Position numbers and translations under genes: made by a program. A stretch of 64,000 bases of DNA from Felis catus. Taxonomy: Eukaryota. The stretch spans positions 131,256,001-131,320,000 of the forward strand of contig NC_058368.1 of NCBI RefSeq assembly GCF_018350175.1. Reading direction: 5' to 3'. The number at the start of each line of letters is the position of its first letter. Positions within the stretch are counted from its first letter, which is position 1. The notes below the pieces were generated by a model. The model saw only the letters and a list, made by a program, of their open reading frames with translations, was not told where the DNA came from and ran no database searches. Of the stretch, positions 27,131-40,030 are shown piece by piece.

Positions 27131-28261
27131 AGTACCATGTTACTAGATGATCAATAAAAAGAGAATATATTTAATAAAAAGAAATTAGGGCATTGGTGGG
27201 AAAAACTGAGCTTCTTGAGGGACTGTGATATAGAAACCTTCAAATGAAGCCTGCCAACAGGATGGAGTCTTTTGAGAAATAACCTGCTGGAATAAATTTT
27301 ACTTGTGTACAACCCTGAAGATAAGAAGTAAGAACAGAAACTTTAAGAACAAATATACATTGTACATAGCATCTATCCAATAGAGATAATGTCACAACAA
27401 CAATAAGGATAATGATCATATTATGTGGAATGTGCACTAACATCTAAGAAGAAAACAAGACTCTATTATTTTATTCTCTTGTCAACATAAACCACTCTAA
27501 TTCTCTCCCCGCCCTCTCACTTCTTTTCTCTTTTTGGGCGGCAAGGAGGATGCTGTATCCAGGGTCCTGGCCTCTTGTAAATATTGTGGTCAGAGCTGTG
27601 TCTCTTCCATTGACTGAAGGAGTGTGGTTATGTTAGTCTTGGTTAAGGTAATTAGTGACTTACTGGAGGAATCTGTACGGTAGGAAGAGCTATAACAATG
27701 GTTTTGAGAGGGTTTAATTAAAGAAGAAAACAAGGCCTTTCAACTTAGGTTGGTAGAACATACAGTATTGTTTGAAGCAGTCCTTACGTAACTTTCTCCA
27801 CACTAGCAAGCACATTATTAGTCAACCAACTTAATAAAGGAAATATTGTGTTTCATTAGACAAAAGGAGAAATAAGTGCAAGTCAAAACATGGTGAGTGT
27901 TTATTACCACCCAGCTGTTAAGGAAAGAAATGGTATCTTTTGAAAGCAGCTTGTAAAAAAGATATAAAGATAAGATACTATAATAAACTCTTGTATTTAC
28001 CTCATTTATCTGGAAATGCCCTCAAAGTTTCATTTGTATGAAGCCTTACATTGCCTTAGTATATTTATAATAACACATGCTTTTAAGTATATTTATAATA
28101 ACACTCACAATGAGTAAAGTGAGTGATTTTTGTTGTTTTGTTTTGTTTCGTTTTGAAGATCTTTAACCATTCTGAATCTTCCTTTGCTAACTTGTATTTC
28201 TCTAAAGTTAGGAGTCTCAAAGCCTTGGAAATCAATCTGTACCTTTCCTTTAGTTACACAT

Positions 28262-29990
28262 ATATTTTTAACAGCTTTATTGAGTTATAATTGGCATAAC
28301 AAGAAACTGCACATCTATAAAGCATACAACTTGATAAGTTTGACATAGATAAACACCTGACAAGCCATCACTACAAATTCGATAATGAATATGTCTCACA
28401 TCCCCAAAAGATTTCTCATGTATCTTTGTGATTCTTCCCTCATAATTTTCCTGGAATCTCCACCCTTCCATTCCCTGACAAATGCTAATATGTTTCCTGT
28501 CATAAAAGATTAATGTGAATATTCCAGAGCCTTATTTAAGTGCAATCACATACTCTTATTCTGTCTTCTCATCAAATTATCTTGGGATTCACCCATGTTG
28601 GGACATGTATAAATGAGTCCTTTGTTTTTATTGCAGAATAGTAGTCCAATATATGGATATACCAGTTTGTTTGCCCATGCACCTGTGGATAGACATTTAG
28701 GTTGTTTTTAGTTTAGGGCTATTAAAATAAAGGTGCTAGGTACATCTGACCAAGTCTTTGCATGGATATACATTTGCATTTCTCTTGATCTGGAAGTGGA
28801 ACGGCTGGCTTGTATATAGCTCATATATGTTTAACGTTTAAGGAAACTGTAAAATTGTTTTACCAAGTGTTCATATTATTTTAGATTCCAGTTAGCAGCA
28901 TGTGAGAGTTACTATACCTACTCACAAACACTTGATAGGGTCAGTATTTATAATTTGAGCCATTCAAATAGGTGTATAGTGCTATATAATAGGGCTTACA
29001 ATTGCATTTCTCCCATGACTAGAAATGTTGAATACCTTTTCGTGTGTTTGACCTTTGTATATCTTCTTTGCTGAAGCATTTGTTGAACTATTTTGTCCAT
29101 TTTTTCATGTTTGTTATTACTGAGTTTTGAGAATTCATTTCATATCATGGATACAAGTCTTTGATCAGATATGAAGTTTACAAGTATTTTCTCCTAGTCT
29201 GTGGCTTGTATTTTCACTTTCTCAACACTGCCTTTGAAGAGCAGAAGTTTTTAACTTTCATAAAATTCTATCTATATTTTCATATTGATCATACTTTTGG
29301 TGTTGTATATATGAGAGCCTTGCCTAACCCAAGGTCACAACGTTTTTTTAGCTGTTTGATTTTAAAAGTTTCAGACTATACCTTTATATGATGCAAGGTA
29401 AGAATCAAAGCTCATTTCTTACATATGGCCATCCAATTCTTCAAGCAACATTTGTTGAAAAGATAATCTTTGCTCCACCGAATTACTTTTGCACCACTGA
29501 AAATTGTTCATTCTTGGTAGTCCTGTTGTGTACTCCCTATTTTGCTATATTGACCTATTTCTCTTTGTGGCAATATCACACTGGCTTGATGATTGTAACT
29601 TTATAAGTCTTGAAGTCAGGAGTATTAACCTTCAAACTTGTTCATCTTTTTCAAAGTTGTTTTGGCTATTTTAGTACATTTGCATTTCATATAGATTTTA
29701 TTTTACTTTATTTTTAATGTTTATTTTTGAGAGAGGCAGGCAGAGAAAGGCGGACAGAGGATCTGAAGCAGGTTCCACACTGACAGCAGAGAGCCCGATG
29801 TGGGGCTTGAACTCAGGAACTGTGAGATTGTGAACAAAGCTGAAGTCAAATTTTAGAGTCTGATTGTAAACCTGTGAAACAATTTTTGACTGAGATTGCC
29901 CAAAACGATAGAGTAATTTGGGGGAAAATGGTATAATAAAAATTTTGAGTCTTGTGTCTCATGAACACAGTATAACTCTCCATTTGTTCA
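28262..29990 (-). mobile_element. Ancestral eutherian L1 (L1MB/MC-like) 3' part
   Basis: ttttaacagctttattgagttataattg 3' end followed by degenerate 3'UTR and ORF2 C-terminal sequence. Confidence 0.8.
29700..29847 (-). mobile_element. 5'-truncated Can-SINE inside old L1
   Basis: T-tail, gagaggatctgaagcagg..ctgacagcagagagcccgatgtggggcttgaactc. Confidence 0.85.
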
Positions 29991-30534
29991 AGACAATGGC
30001 AATGATGTGTGAACTTCACTGTACATGACACAGGCTGTAAGAGAAGAAAATAGAAGCATGATAAAAGTGCAAAAAAGTGTTCGGGCGGGGGGGGGGGGGG
30101 ACACTAGGAACTGGCCAGCAACATCAAGGACTTCCAGAGGCCCTGATGCGGGAAATAGCAAAGCGTGGTAGGCATTGCATAACAGTGCTTGTGTTTGCCC
30201 TGGTGTTCACAGTCCTATTACTGCTACCCAGTACTTTAATTGCAATGAACAAAGAAGAAAAAGTCAGAGATAGAATTAATTCATAAAGAATGCAGTCATG
30301 CCATGTGAAGACCAGATGACTACAAAGTGAGTTATATGAACTCTGGTTTCATAAAAGTTCAAATAGAGAAAAATAATAGAAGAATAGAGTCATATACCCC
30401 AAAGCAAAATGGACATTTAAATCTGGAATGAAGGTGAACCACTCAAGTCAGAACCATGTTCACGTTGCAACTGATAATACAGTTTTAGAAACAACTTAAG
30501 CCACATCGAATTAATGTTCTTCATTTGTTCTCAG

Positions 30535-31377
30535 AGAGCTCTAACTACCATCTATAGACCATATTTCCCAAATTTTTATCACCACCTTACATTTCTACTC
30601 TCATCTCCAATTCAGTGGATGTCCAATAAGCATCTCCAATAGAACACTTCCAAATAACAACTTTTGTTCTCTTCTCTAGTTTCATCCCTCCAACCCGCCC
30701 TTCCCTAGATTTCTCCACCTCAATAAATGGCACCTGTAACCATTTGTTTGCTCAGCCATCCGGTCACCTATGAGCCTTCTCATTCACACCTGTAATTTAA
30801 CACATCAGGAAATTCTCTACCTTCAGAACACACCCAGAATTTGACCCCATCTCACTACCTTCATTCTACCATGCTGGTTCAAGTCCATATTACTCCTTAC
30901 CTCCTATCAAGTCTCCTTGTCCTTTGCCACCCCTGCCGTCTTTTCACCATATAATCCCTAGAGTGATCTATTTAAATTTATCGTGTCTTATCTCGCTTCT
31001 ATCCAAAACTCTCCATTAGCTTCTAGTCTGGTTCAGAGTAGTGTATGTATTTTACACATGTAAATTAGATGGATGGATACATAGATACATAGATAGAGTT
31101 GACTGCAAGGCCCTATATAATCTGCTCCCTCCTGCACAACCATAGCTCTCTGATTATGCCCTCCTACTCCTCATTATTCACTCTGCTCTAATGCTTCAGC
31201 CACACAGTCTTCCTTAATGTTTCTCAGACATACCAAACAGGCTTCCGCCTCTCTGTTTTTTGTTCTCTTGGCTACTTCCCTCATGTCCTATGGGGCTCAA
31301 GGAGAACCTTCTTGGCCTTATCTAAAATTCAAATGCCCCGCTCACTCCTATCTCCCTTCTCATCCTTATTTATTTTT
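30535..31377 (+). mobile_element. L2 (L2a-like) 3' region
   Basis: L2 motifs: taccatcta..catatttcccaaatt..tctccaattcagtggatgtc..catctc; caataaatggcacc; aaggccctatataatctg; cactctgctc..cagccacac. Confidence 0.75.
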
Positions 31378-31433
31378 GTAAAATTCCTGCAATAGCATTG
31401 GGAAAAGCATACAATTAAAATACAATTCCAGAA

Positions 31434-31591
31434 TTCGTACCATCTTCCGTGGGCCTCTCATCTATGCTTGGCTCCGGAGAGTTCTTCTGCTAGTCTTCTG
31501 GCTGTTTTCTGGGTTATTTAGGCAGATGTGGGTGGAATCTAAGAGATCAGCAGGACGAGGTGAGCCCAGGGTCCTCCTACACCGCCATTCC
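31434..31591 (-). mobile_element. Isolated 5' terminal ~160 bp of a felid L1
   Basis: Reverse complement GGAATGGCGGTGTAGGAGGACCCTGGGCTCACCTCGTCCTGCTGATCTCTTAGATTCCACCCACATCTGCC.. resembles the L1 5' ends at ~6120 and ~26670. Confidence 0.8.
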
Positions 31592-32359
31592 TCAACAAAT
31601 ACTTATCAAGGCTTGAAACCAGAAGGGGGCAGCAAAGCTGCACCAGCTCAGTAGGTAGCTACCATGTTGGGTCAGCAATTCAGAGGGCACAGCAGAAAAT
31701 TAGACCCAGCTCACACTGAGAGTCTAAGCTGAAGAGAGTGAAACCAGAGAGCTGGTTCAGACGGTGTCCCCACCGAGAAGTAGGGAGAGTGGCAGGAAGA
31801 GAAGAAGACAAGGCTTTTCCAGGAGAACGAGACCCACAATGGGGCTCTGTGGAATGGATGGCTGGGTTGATATGGAACCAAATCAGGTGCCAGAGAATTA
31901 AGCAAATTATCCCTATAAGTCAGTCAAGCCTTTCGGTGGTGACCACAAGGAGGCACAAGTCTCAAATACAAGCCAATTTATCTGCATAGCCAGAATCCAG
32001 AGTCACTGACAGTGGACCTACCTCTGAAAAGACAGATGGGGAAATGTGCAGTTACCAACATATGTGATACCTCTTCCTTGAGGGCCATGCTTCTTTTGAT
32101 CATTTAAATGTTTGACATTTAATATTTTGTTAAGTAAAAACAATGGCAAGTGCTTCGGTCCAGGTTACTGCAAAAGAAAAACAGATACTGCTGCATTTGC
32201 ACTAACAAAACAGTTAAAATAGTTATGGCCAAAAGTGGTCAGAAAAACACAGGCACTTTTCCCATTATTCCCTCAGACTCTTGTCATTTATTCCCTAATA
32301 GATAGTCATTCCTTGAAGTAGGAAAAAAAAAAAAAGTATACCATAGTCCTGTCAATTCT

Positions 32360-32990
32360 CTGTTGGCTAGTGTGACTGAGGAACTGAATTTTAATTTTTT
32401 TTTCAACGTTTATTTATTTTTGGGACAGAGAGAGACAGAGCATGAACGGGGGAGGGGCAGAGAGAGAGGGAGACAGAATCGGAAACAGGCTCCAGGCTCT
32501 GAGCCATCAGCCCAGAGCCCGACGCGGGGCTCGAACTCACGGACCGCGAGATCGTGACCTGGCTGAAGTCGGACGCTTAACCGACTGCGCCACCCAGGTG
32601 CCCCAAGGAACTGAATTTTAAATTTTATTCCATTTTAATTAAACTGCATTTAAACGCTCATGCTTGATTCATTTAAGGGGAAAATTTTAAGTATGTTTGG
32701 AATAACTTGAGTTACATGAATCTACTTTTGACCATAAATGGTATGAAATACAAATACATGCATATTTCCAATGAAAATTTAGCATCTGAACTAAGATGTT
32801 GAATTTTGATGACTTTGTGCAAAAATATATATTTTAGTAATAATTTTTATATTGATTGGTGAAACGATAGTATTTTAAATATTTGGGTCATTTGAAATAT
32901 ATTATTAAATTAATTTCATCTACAATTTCTTCTTAATGTGGTTGCTAGAAAAAATTTAAATTGTACATGTGTCTTATATTTTTATTTCAC
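32360..32990. mobile_element. hAT-Charlie (Charlie1/MER33-like) relic, interrupted by a SINE
   Basis: tggctagtgtgactgaggaactgaattttaa..; aagtatgtttggaataacttg; tatattattaaattaatttc..aatgtggttgctagaaaaaatttaaatt. Confidence 0.75.
32395..32604 (-). mobile_element. Young SINEC_Fc with 16-bp TSD
   Basis: TSD aggaactgaattttaa at 32379-32394 and 32606-32621; near-consensus CpG-rich body. Confidence 0.97.
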
Positions 32991-33419
32991 CATTCTAATC
33001 TGCAGTCTTACTGCTGAAACTGTGGTCTGTGTATTAGCAATAAAGGTGTCCTGGAACTTCTAAGAAACACAGAATAAAAATCTGCCTTTAAAAAAATCCC
33101 CAAGTGATTTATTTATCCATTAAAGCTTAAGATGCCTGGATCTACACTGCAACTGTCAATCCTCACCCACCCACTTTACCTCTATATCTCTGGCATATGG
33201 AAGCCCCTAAATCATTAGTATTTAATTTCCCTCAAATTCCCTTCAAATGGCCAGGGTATGAGACCATGATGAAGCTATTTACTAAACAGCACTGGTCTCA
33301 AGAAATTGTTGCCCCTATCTTTCCCTGGCCTCCCCTGCCTTTCAGCTACCATAACCTAATCCAAACTCTATGTTTACTCCACATATTATAATCATGGATT
33401 CATATAGTGCTAGAACTAG

Positions 33420-36400
33420 ATGATGACTATTACAGGTACATTGCCCTGAAAGCAGAGCCTGAGACAGGGATTTGTTTCCAAGTGATTTATTCACAGTGAT
33501 CTCAGATAAAAGATGAGTAAGAGAAGTAGAATAGGTCAGGGGGAAAAAACCACGAAGCAAGGATTTTGTCTCCCCCGGAGACTAGCTTTGTCCTGATGTA
33601 CAGAGATGGTCTGAAACCCAGATTTTACTACAGTACTGTCTGCACCTTCAGACAATCATAAGCCTTTTGTACCTTTAGGCTAGTCACTCATTGGCTGAAG
33701 TTGGGGGTCAAGGGTTAGCCTCCATGTTAGGTGGCTCCTTATAGCTGAAATTTTCTGTGTAAGGGGGCAGCTATGGGCTGTTACCAGCTAACTCACAGTG
33801 GTTTGGTAAAGGATACACCAGCTTTTAAAGGAAATTGAATTTAGCAGTGACAGCACTGATTGCAGTCAAACCCCATTGCATAACAGATTTACTTGGTTTT
33901 CAAATTAAGTTCACTCCATCCAAGCATAGCTTCTCTAGGGTTCTGGCTGAACAGGATTTCTGGAAAATCTTACAAAAAGAGGATTCTTAATGAAATACAT
34001 TCCCAGCTGTTGTTTGGTCTTGAGGATAATACTCATACCATCTGCCTCCACCACGACCATTCTAAAATCCCTTCCGTTCAGCTAGCCCTTCTGCTGGTCT
34101 TGTTGTCTTGCCTGGAAAGTTGGCCCAAACCTTCGTCCTTGAGGGGACTGAGGTCCTGGTTTCCATGCAGCTGTCAGGCCATGATTGCTGTATTGTTCAT
34201 TTACAGTTATAACTGGTTATATACCAAAAGAAACCTCAGTAGATCACCTGAACACAACTATACTCCATCATGCTTTCATTTTGTAGCAGTATTTCTACCT
34301 CCTCATGATGGTTAGGATCAATTACATTTACTAGTGTATCACATTCTTTCTTCCTTTATTGCCAACTGTCATGAAGATCCTATTGTGACGTAAGCCATAA
34401 ATTTAAGTTTAGTGGAACTTATACTGTGTACCCCAATAAATAGGACTGCTAAAAACCCACAGAAGCGAAAGTCAACACCCCAGGTGAGTCACTGGGAGTG
34501 ACTTTCACTTTAATACGTTGGTTTCTGGACCCATGCATTCTACATAGTGGTGACACCATTGATTGATGATAGAAACTGAATTCTGAGGACAGTGTATTCC
34601 TGACATGGTGTGATTCGCAAGCTCTTACTCAGCTGCACGTTTAAGAAGCCATTCCTTTGCTTTATCCTGAGTTACAAGGTGAAAGATCCCTAAAAATTTT
34701 TCAAAAATGGAGGTTCCTGAATCTTTGTGTAGTTCCTCTCTCACCCTCTGGAGCATATGAATGTTAACAAGCTATCCAGTGTTCTTGCCTCATGTTTTTC
34801 AGATCTAATTAATCATCAATATATTATCAATAATTTCAATATAGTGGACTAATGTTAAATTTAGCAGAATAATCAGATGGTGAAGGTCTCTTCAAACCAT
34901 GTTAGGACAGAGAGCAAGAGGATTAACATAGCCCTGAGATAAGACCCTGTATATATTCTTGTTTTCTATCTCATGTGAATGTAAACTGCTTCTGATACTG
35001 CTTCCGATGTGGGACTGCCCAAAGGATATGTTCACTTGATGGCTTCTCCATTTTTAAAAATATCGGAACTGTTCAAGAATCTCCATTACTATAAGGGATT
35101 TTTGATCCCTTCCTCTACAGTTTGCTACAGCAGGTCTGGCATCTCTACATTATTTCGTGTAGACAACCATTCTTTCCAAATGTCCAAAGGTCATTGCAGA
35201 AATGTATTAGAATCAATGACTTAGCACTATTGCTAAGGGTTTTAATCCTTGTTACAGGAAAAAAAATTCTTATTACAGGAGAGTGCTTATTACAGGAGAG
35301 TGCTCCCATATCCTCAAACTGTCTCTTATCCAGCTTTATAGTCCTCCCCTCTTGATTTAATATTGGCATTCATTCTCAGGCATAATCTACTGGTTTGGAT
35401 TGCTATGCATTGGCTAGGAATTGTAGCAAATTGGGCACATAATTTCTCTGCTCTCTTGGCCATACTTAGCACTTGTTCAGGATATGCTGAGTTTTTTTTT
35501 TTCTGGTGGCCAGTATACAATATAGGGCAGATTCTCAGAAGAGTGGGGGTTCTAAAAGGCACCTACCTCCTTTGAAGTCTCTGCATAGTCTTCAAGCAAA
35601 GGGGCCTTTATCTTCTAACAAAGAGAGTAGGCCAGTCTTGCAGATTCAGAGCATTTAAGGGAATCCAGGAGGTCAAGGATCTCAAAGGTTCTCTTGTACA
35701 TCTACGCAAATACCCCCTTCCCAACCCTAGCATCACTCTTGTCAGGGCACTCACTTTAATGTAAAACACTTGACAGCATTGCTATTTCAATCTTCTCAGA
35801 ATGTGTACTGCTTTTCCAATTAAGTAATGAGTAGTGTCTTGAACATGACATGACTTGTGTTGTGGAAGATAAAAGACTCTTTCCCTGGTGCCAAGGAGGC
35901 CCTCTGATTCTCACCCTTTGCTTTGTATTGTTGATTAATACATACGTTTTGTCATCTCTCAAACATTCATGAGCCACCCAATGTCAGTCCTTATAGTTAT
36001 TTCTCCACTTTGTTCAACCCACTGAACATTGCGCCAGTAACAGATGTCTCCAGCTATATCCCATCCCAGTTCACTAAATAAAGTTTCAGTAATTATTCTG
36101 CTGCATTATGCTTGGGGCTGTCAAATTCCACCTACTGTCAGTGATAGTGTCCTTATTGTTATCTAGCTGCAAAATAATCCAGAGTGAATGACAGAACTAT
36201 AGAAACCCATCATTAGAGGCTGCATCCTAAAACCACTTCCTAGACTCAAAATTGAAGCACTCAAAGATACCTGTTGTATTCTATTTCTCTGGAAGCAGAC
36301 ACGGATTCTTGTTCAAGTGATTCTTGATGAGAACTTTGAGAAAAAGAGGGAAAGAAGATAAAGCTTGCTCAAAGGTAGGAGAATTGATCCTGCCTTGAGG

Positions 36401-36625
36401 TATGCCTATCTACCACATGCCAACTGGTCATTGGTTTAAGGGCTGCCCTGCCCTGGGTTAGACATTTGGGGTGGTGGTTTAGATAGCCTCCCAGGCGAGG
36501 TGACTCCAATTTCCCTGAGGATTCTCCTTTAGAATAGAAGGCATCTTGAGTTTTATTAGCAGACACTGACAACAGCTGACAGGCAAGTACACAAGCCAGT
36601 AAAGGGGATCCGGGCAGGCACCCAT
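33420..36625 (-). mobile_element. Internally deleted ERV-L (ERV3-16/LTR16-like) provirus: 3'LTR ~33420-33865, internal ~33866-36255, 5'LTR ~36270-36625
   Basis: Minus translation near 34820-34950: VLSQGYVNPLALCPNMV*RDLHHL..LTLVHYI (ERV-L RT); ORF 35145-35369 GRTIKLDKRQFEDMGALS (ERV-L gag); internal start aggaagtggttttaggatgcagcctc; two related flanking LTRs. Confidence 0.8.
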
Positions 36626-37117
36626 TTATCTATCTATCTATCTGTCTATTTATTTATTAAATAAAAAAATAGCTAACTCAGTGATCTTTAAAGTTGTTCC
36701 GCCTTTTGCACCACATACTCCTTTAAGAAGCCATTGAATGTTGTGAATCCTCCCCACAGAAGAATCTGCATGCGTTCAGATATTTGCATATATTGAAAGG
36801 AGGTTGACAGACAAGTTAATTAAGACTCAAAGAATTTATATGACTCAGCCAAAATTTATGCTACAAGTTGGAGCAGAATGAGATGACCAGACCACCAAAG
36901 CTGTAAGCACCAAAACTTTTTGATGCAAAAAAAATTTATAATGTATTATACATACTTGAGGTATTAAAGCAATAAGATATCTGAACATTTCCCTGTTGCC
37001 TAAATTCACAGATAGGTTAAAGTCATGCTTGAGATCCTCAATTTTTTGTATTTATATATTGCTTCCTGTAACTTTTAAAACAATCATAAAGATGTACTCA
37101 GAAGTGGGTGTTGTGTT

Positions 37118-37322
37118 GGGGCACCCTGGTGGTTCAGTTGGTTAAGCGACCGACTTCAGCTCAAGTCATGATCTCATGGTCCGTGGGTTCCAGCTCCACG
37201 TCGGACTCTGTGCTGACAGCTCAGAGCCTAGAGCCTGCTTCTGATTCTGTGTCTCCCTCTCTTTGTCCCTCCTTGCTCACATGCTGTCTCTCAAAACTAA
37301 ATAAACATTAAAAATAATTTAA
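37118..37322 (+). mobile_element. Can-SINE (outer element of nested pair)
   Basis: Head ggggcaccctggtggttcagttggttaagcg; TSD agaagtgggtgtt(g/c)tgtt at 37100-37117 and 37544-37561 encloses both SINEs. Confidence 0.93.
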
Positions 37323-37540
37323 GGGGCGCTTGGGTGGCTCAGTCGGTTAGGCGGCCGACTTCGGCTCAGGTCATGATCTGGAGGTCCGTGAGTTCGAGCC
37401 CTGTGTCGGACTCTGTGCTGACAGCTCAGAGCCTGGAGCCTGTTTGAGATTCTGTGTCTCCCTCTCTCTGACCCTCCCCCGTTATGCTCTGTCTCTCTCT
37501 GTCTCAAAAATAAATAAACGTTAAAAAAATAATAATTTAA
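37323..37540 (+). mobile_element. Can-SINE inserted in the A-tail of the preceding SINE
   Basis: Full head to tail; own TSD-like aa(a/t)aataatttaa on both sides. Confidence 0.93.
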
Positions 37541-39679
37541 AAAAGAAGTGGGTGTTCTGTTAATGGGACTAGGGGAAAGGATAAACTTTAAAGTACAACT
37601 AGGGCTCAAAAGTGCCTTGTTTTTACCAAAAGCACATATCTTAATGGGGTTTTTTGTTTGTTTTTCTGCTTTCATCTTCATTTAGAATACTTAAAGTAAG
37701 AATTAAAGTTCACAAGTTCAGATGTGTTAAGAATGCCTGTTATACAATGCAAGTTTTTATAGTCCCTGTTATCTCATTAGTGGTGTTATAGATTGTTAAA
37801 ATGTAAGTACTTTTATAAGACAAGGAAACTTTGGATTTAAAAAAAATTTTAAATAAGTTTTAGTCTGTGTTAAGAGTATTGTATGTAATGAAAGGCTATT
37901 GACTAGTCCTTTGAAAATGGCTTTTGGATGCCAACTTGCTACTTGGGGAGTTAATAGGGGACAAATTGAGCCCTTTGGGAGTTTAACATCTCTGGTTTGA
38001 TAATTGACCTCAAAGTAAATAATTACCTGTTATTAATAGATGATATGGTTTTAGAAGATGATGGTTGTGGTTTCAGAATGGTGATTTAAGACCCAGGAAA
38101 AATGGCTCTAGTTCTGGCATTTAACACGATAGGCTTTGGCTGCCTAAAATAACATGCATACCTAGTGACATAGTATATTTACATACATATTATATATACA
38201 CACTCAGATATTCCTGTATTCTGCAGCCTTCCATACCTCAGTCATGCCCTGAGGTCTTAAAACTTTACCTTTGAGGATACCCAAGTGTGTACTATGGTGA
38301 AGGCTGTATTTTCTTGAATGCATTACAGAAATGACCTCAAACACAGGCCTGTCTTGCTGAAGGATGCTCTTAGGAGACTGACCATCACATCATTTTGTTT
38401 TGCAACAAATACTTAGGAATGGTCTTGCATTGTTTTCCCCTAGTTACCTCTACCTGGAGGGCAGGAAGGCCCAGAATACTAGTTTTTATGCTAGAGGAAT
38501 CCCTCTTCTGTACCAGCAGCATCGCGCATAGCTAAAATCTCTCTGGGGAACTCTGGTATAGAGGAAGCTGTTGGTCCATCTGGAGGGGCTGTATGTTATC
38601 TCCTAATTTTTCTAGATCCTTTGTATCGTAAGTAAATGTACATCCTTTAAATGTACCCATTTTATCTTTCCACCTGTCATACCCCTTTCCCATTATGAAG
38701 CTCAAATGCATAATAAGCAAGTTATACTTTCTTAGTATTGAGCTGAATAGTAAGGAGTTAAAAAATAACATTACTGTTTTTTGAAAGGGCCTAGAACACA
38801 GTAATGTTTAATGAATACGCTCAATATGTCATTTTGTCTTCTAGCCAAGTATTCATTTTTTTCCAATACTAAAAAATAATTAAAATTATTTAATTTATAT
38901 TTCAAAATTACAATTTTTAACACTTGGACCCGAGGTGGAGACTTTGCAGTGGGCACTAATTTATTTCATCAGTGTGAACTTGATCATTTCTTTTGTCTTC
39001 AGTTCCTATCATGTTTGCTTCCTTTGGGCAACATTTTCTGTTTGATTTCTTTTAATTCCTTCTCTTTGTTCTCCTTGACTCCTCCTTGGGCTCTTTCTCA
39101 ATTGCAATAATAATGGAGATATGAAAGATTTCTGTTCTAAGAACAGGCACAGCATTTGTAAAGGGATTTCTCCTTTGTGTCCCCTGCCTTAAGCAATGAG
39201 AACACCTGCAAAAAATTAACTTGAAACTAAATATCTCTGCCAGTCATATTTCTAAAGACTGAATCCAAACTCTGACTCCATTTAGAAAATTAAAATTCAA
39301 ATTCTAAAAAAAATATTTAGAATTATTTTATTTAGTAAATAGCTTTCAAATAAATGAATACAAATAATCAGATAATAAGAATTCAATGCTGTCAACTTGC
39401 CTACTTTACTGTAACACAACTACTCCTTAAATATGGCTATATTTTTTTCTAAGAATTGGTTTATAATGAGATTTAATAAATAAGGACTTAAGATTCTACA
39501 CTAAGTACTGATAACTGACCTAAGCCAATTTGATCATTCCTAATTGTTAGATATTTTGGGTAAATAGCAATAGTCTGGTTCAAAAGAGATAAGTAAGTAT
39601 TATAAGTCTCTTCCCCTAATGTCTTGTTACCAAATGGAATAATACAATGAAAACAAGTCTCAGACCAAAATTTGCCCAG

Positions 39680-40030
39680 GTATAAATCCTAGAGAAAAAG
39701 TAGGCCCCCCCCCAAAAAAAGGTGAGAAATGGAATAATATTCAGCCTTATAAAGGAAGGAAATTATGACGTATACAAGGTAATATAGCAGTCAAAATTAT
39801 AGAGAGAGAAATTTGAATGGTGATTGCAAGGGGCTGGGTGGAGGAATGTATAATAGGGAGTTTATTTCATGTGTACGGAGTTTCAGAATGGAAAAATGTG
39901 AAAGTTCTGAAGATGGATGGTGATGATGGTGGCACAGCATTAATGTTTTTAATAACATTGAACTGTACACTTAAAAATCATTCAGGTGGTAAGTTTCGTT
40001 ATGCATGTTTTACCACAATACAAAAAAATG
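39680..40030 (+). mobile_element. Ancestral L1MB-like 3'UTR fragment
   Basis: gaatggtgattgcaaggggctgg..gagtttcag..aaaagttctgaagatggatggtgatgatggt..tgaactgtacacttaaaaa..ttttaccacaat. Confidence 0.85.

Noticed and set aside
28058..28104. 19-bp direct repeat with short spacer (also a 16-bp tandem at 61611-61643)
   Set aside because: Two copies only; local slippage duplication, not an array or CRISPR.
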